DNA of 64,000 nucleotides from an uncultured bacterium (GTDB lineage Bacteria; Chlamydiota; Chlamydiia; Chlamydiales; JAAZZY01): NCBI GenBank assembly GCA_964350945.1, contig CAYGLF010000004.1, positions 1,976 to 65,975 of the forward strand, read 5' to 3'. Shown piece by piece: positions 63,824 to 64,000 of this stretch (position 1 is its first letter; each line of letters starts with the position of its first letter). The notes under the pieces were generated by a model. It saw only the letters and a program-made list of their open reading frames with translations, ran no database searches and was not told where the DNA came from. The position numbers and the translations under genes were made by a program.

Positions 63824-64000
63824 TTAAGCTTTTTGAAATGCCCTAATAATTGCGATTGCTTGATCAATTACTGGAGCAATAAGCGCCTGTTGCTTTTCAA
63901 CATCCGCTAAACTAGGCAATCCTAATGCTGCAATATCTTTATAAAATTTGCCGCTATTGGCTATTATTTTTTTTGCACTCTCATAAGATGCATCTTTAAG
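63824..64000 (-). CDS. Unknown protein, partial (C-terminal end only; gene starts beyond the right window edge)
   Basis: Reverse-strand reading is open from 64000 to the TAA at 63824-63826: LKDASYESAKKIIANSGKFYKDIAALGLPSLADVEKQQALIAPVIDQAIAIIRAFQKA*. Confidence 0.35.
   Translation of the reverse strand, partial: LKDASYESAKKIIANSGKFYKDIAALGLPSLADVEKQQALIAPVIDQAIAIIRAFQKA

Noticed and set aside
1-64000. Looked for CRISPR arrays, IS elements or transposases, integrases, prophage genes, toxin-antitoxin pairs and classical multi-gene defence islands.
   Set aside because: No direct-repeat/spacer array, no DDE or tyrosine/serine recombinase motifs, and no phage structural genes were seen in any frame of the ORF track. 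The only defence-like element is the solitary Sir2-like gene, which has no partner gene (HerA, TIR, pAgo and so on) beside it.

Overview
The window is a gene-dense (roughly 85-90% coding), moderately AT-rich bacterial chromosome segment. It most likely comes from a member of the Chlamydiae, probably an environmental or amoeba-associated lineage rather than Chlamydia sensu stricto. This assignment rests on gene content and synteny; no database search was run.

Evidence for the assignment:
- a fused MurC-Ddl ORF sits inside an ftsZ/ftsA-less dcw cluster: murF-mraY-murD-LysM protein-ftsW-murG-murC/ddl-ftsQ-like-cutA
- an orphan GroEL paralog has no groES partner
- a PlsC/acyl-ACP-synthetase (Aas) fusion is present
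- comEC, bioY and hprK-ptsI occur without a sugar PTS
- the neighbourhoods cysS/lysS/priA/aas/fabF and rpmH-rnpA are preserved
- several small proteins have Inc-like hydrophobic hairpins

The housekeeping backbone comprises:
- cysS, lysS, priA, rpmH-rnpA, aas, fabF, rsfS, nadD and miaA
- the dcw cluster listed above
- a complete ribD-ribE-ribBA-ribH operon
- a groEL paralog, dnaX-ybaB, ptsI, hprK, comEC and ftsK
- tRNA-Cys(GCA) and tRNA-His(GUG)

No rRNA, CRISPR array, transposase, integrase or phage gene is visible.

Lineage-specific, effector-like genes are inserted into this backbone:
1. A eukaryote-type USP (C19) deubiquitinase (58889-60853) carries three UIM-like motifs, an acidic W-x-x-L (LIR-like) motif and a C-terminal polybasic CaaX-like box. 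This is the strongest finding.
2. A zinc-module-less Sir2-like NAD-binding protein is wedged between cysS and lysS.
3. A three-gene cassette of paralogous membrane proteins flanks a proline-rich tandem-repeat protein.
4. A signal-peptide-bearing NagB-like/LmbE-like fusion has altered catalytic motifs.
5. An ankyrin-repeat gene is split by a +1 frameshift at a T6 run and is preceded by a perfect 20-nt direct repeat.
6. Aas carries an embedded carrier-protein domain.

All functional calls come from motif recognition in the supplied translations. Start codons are provisional.
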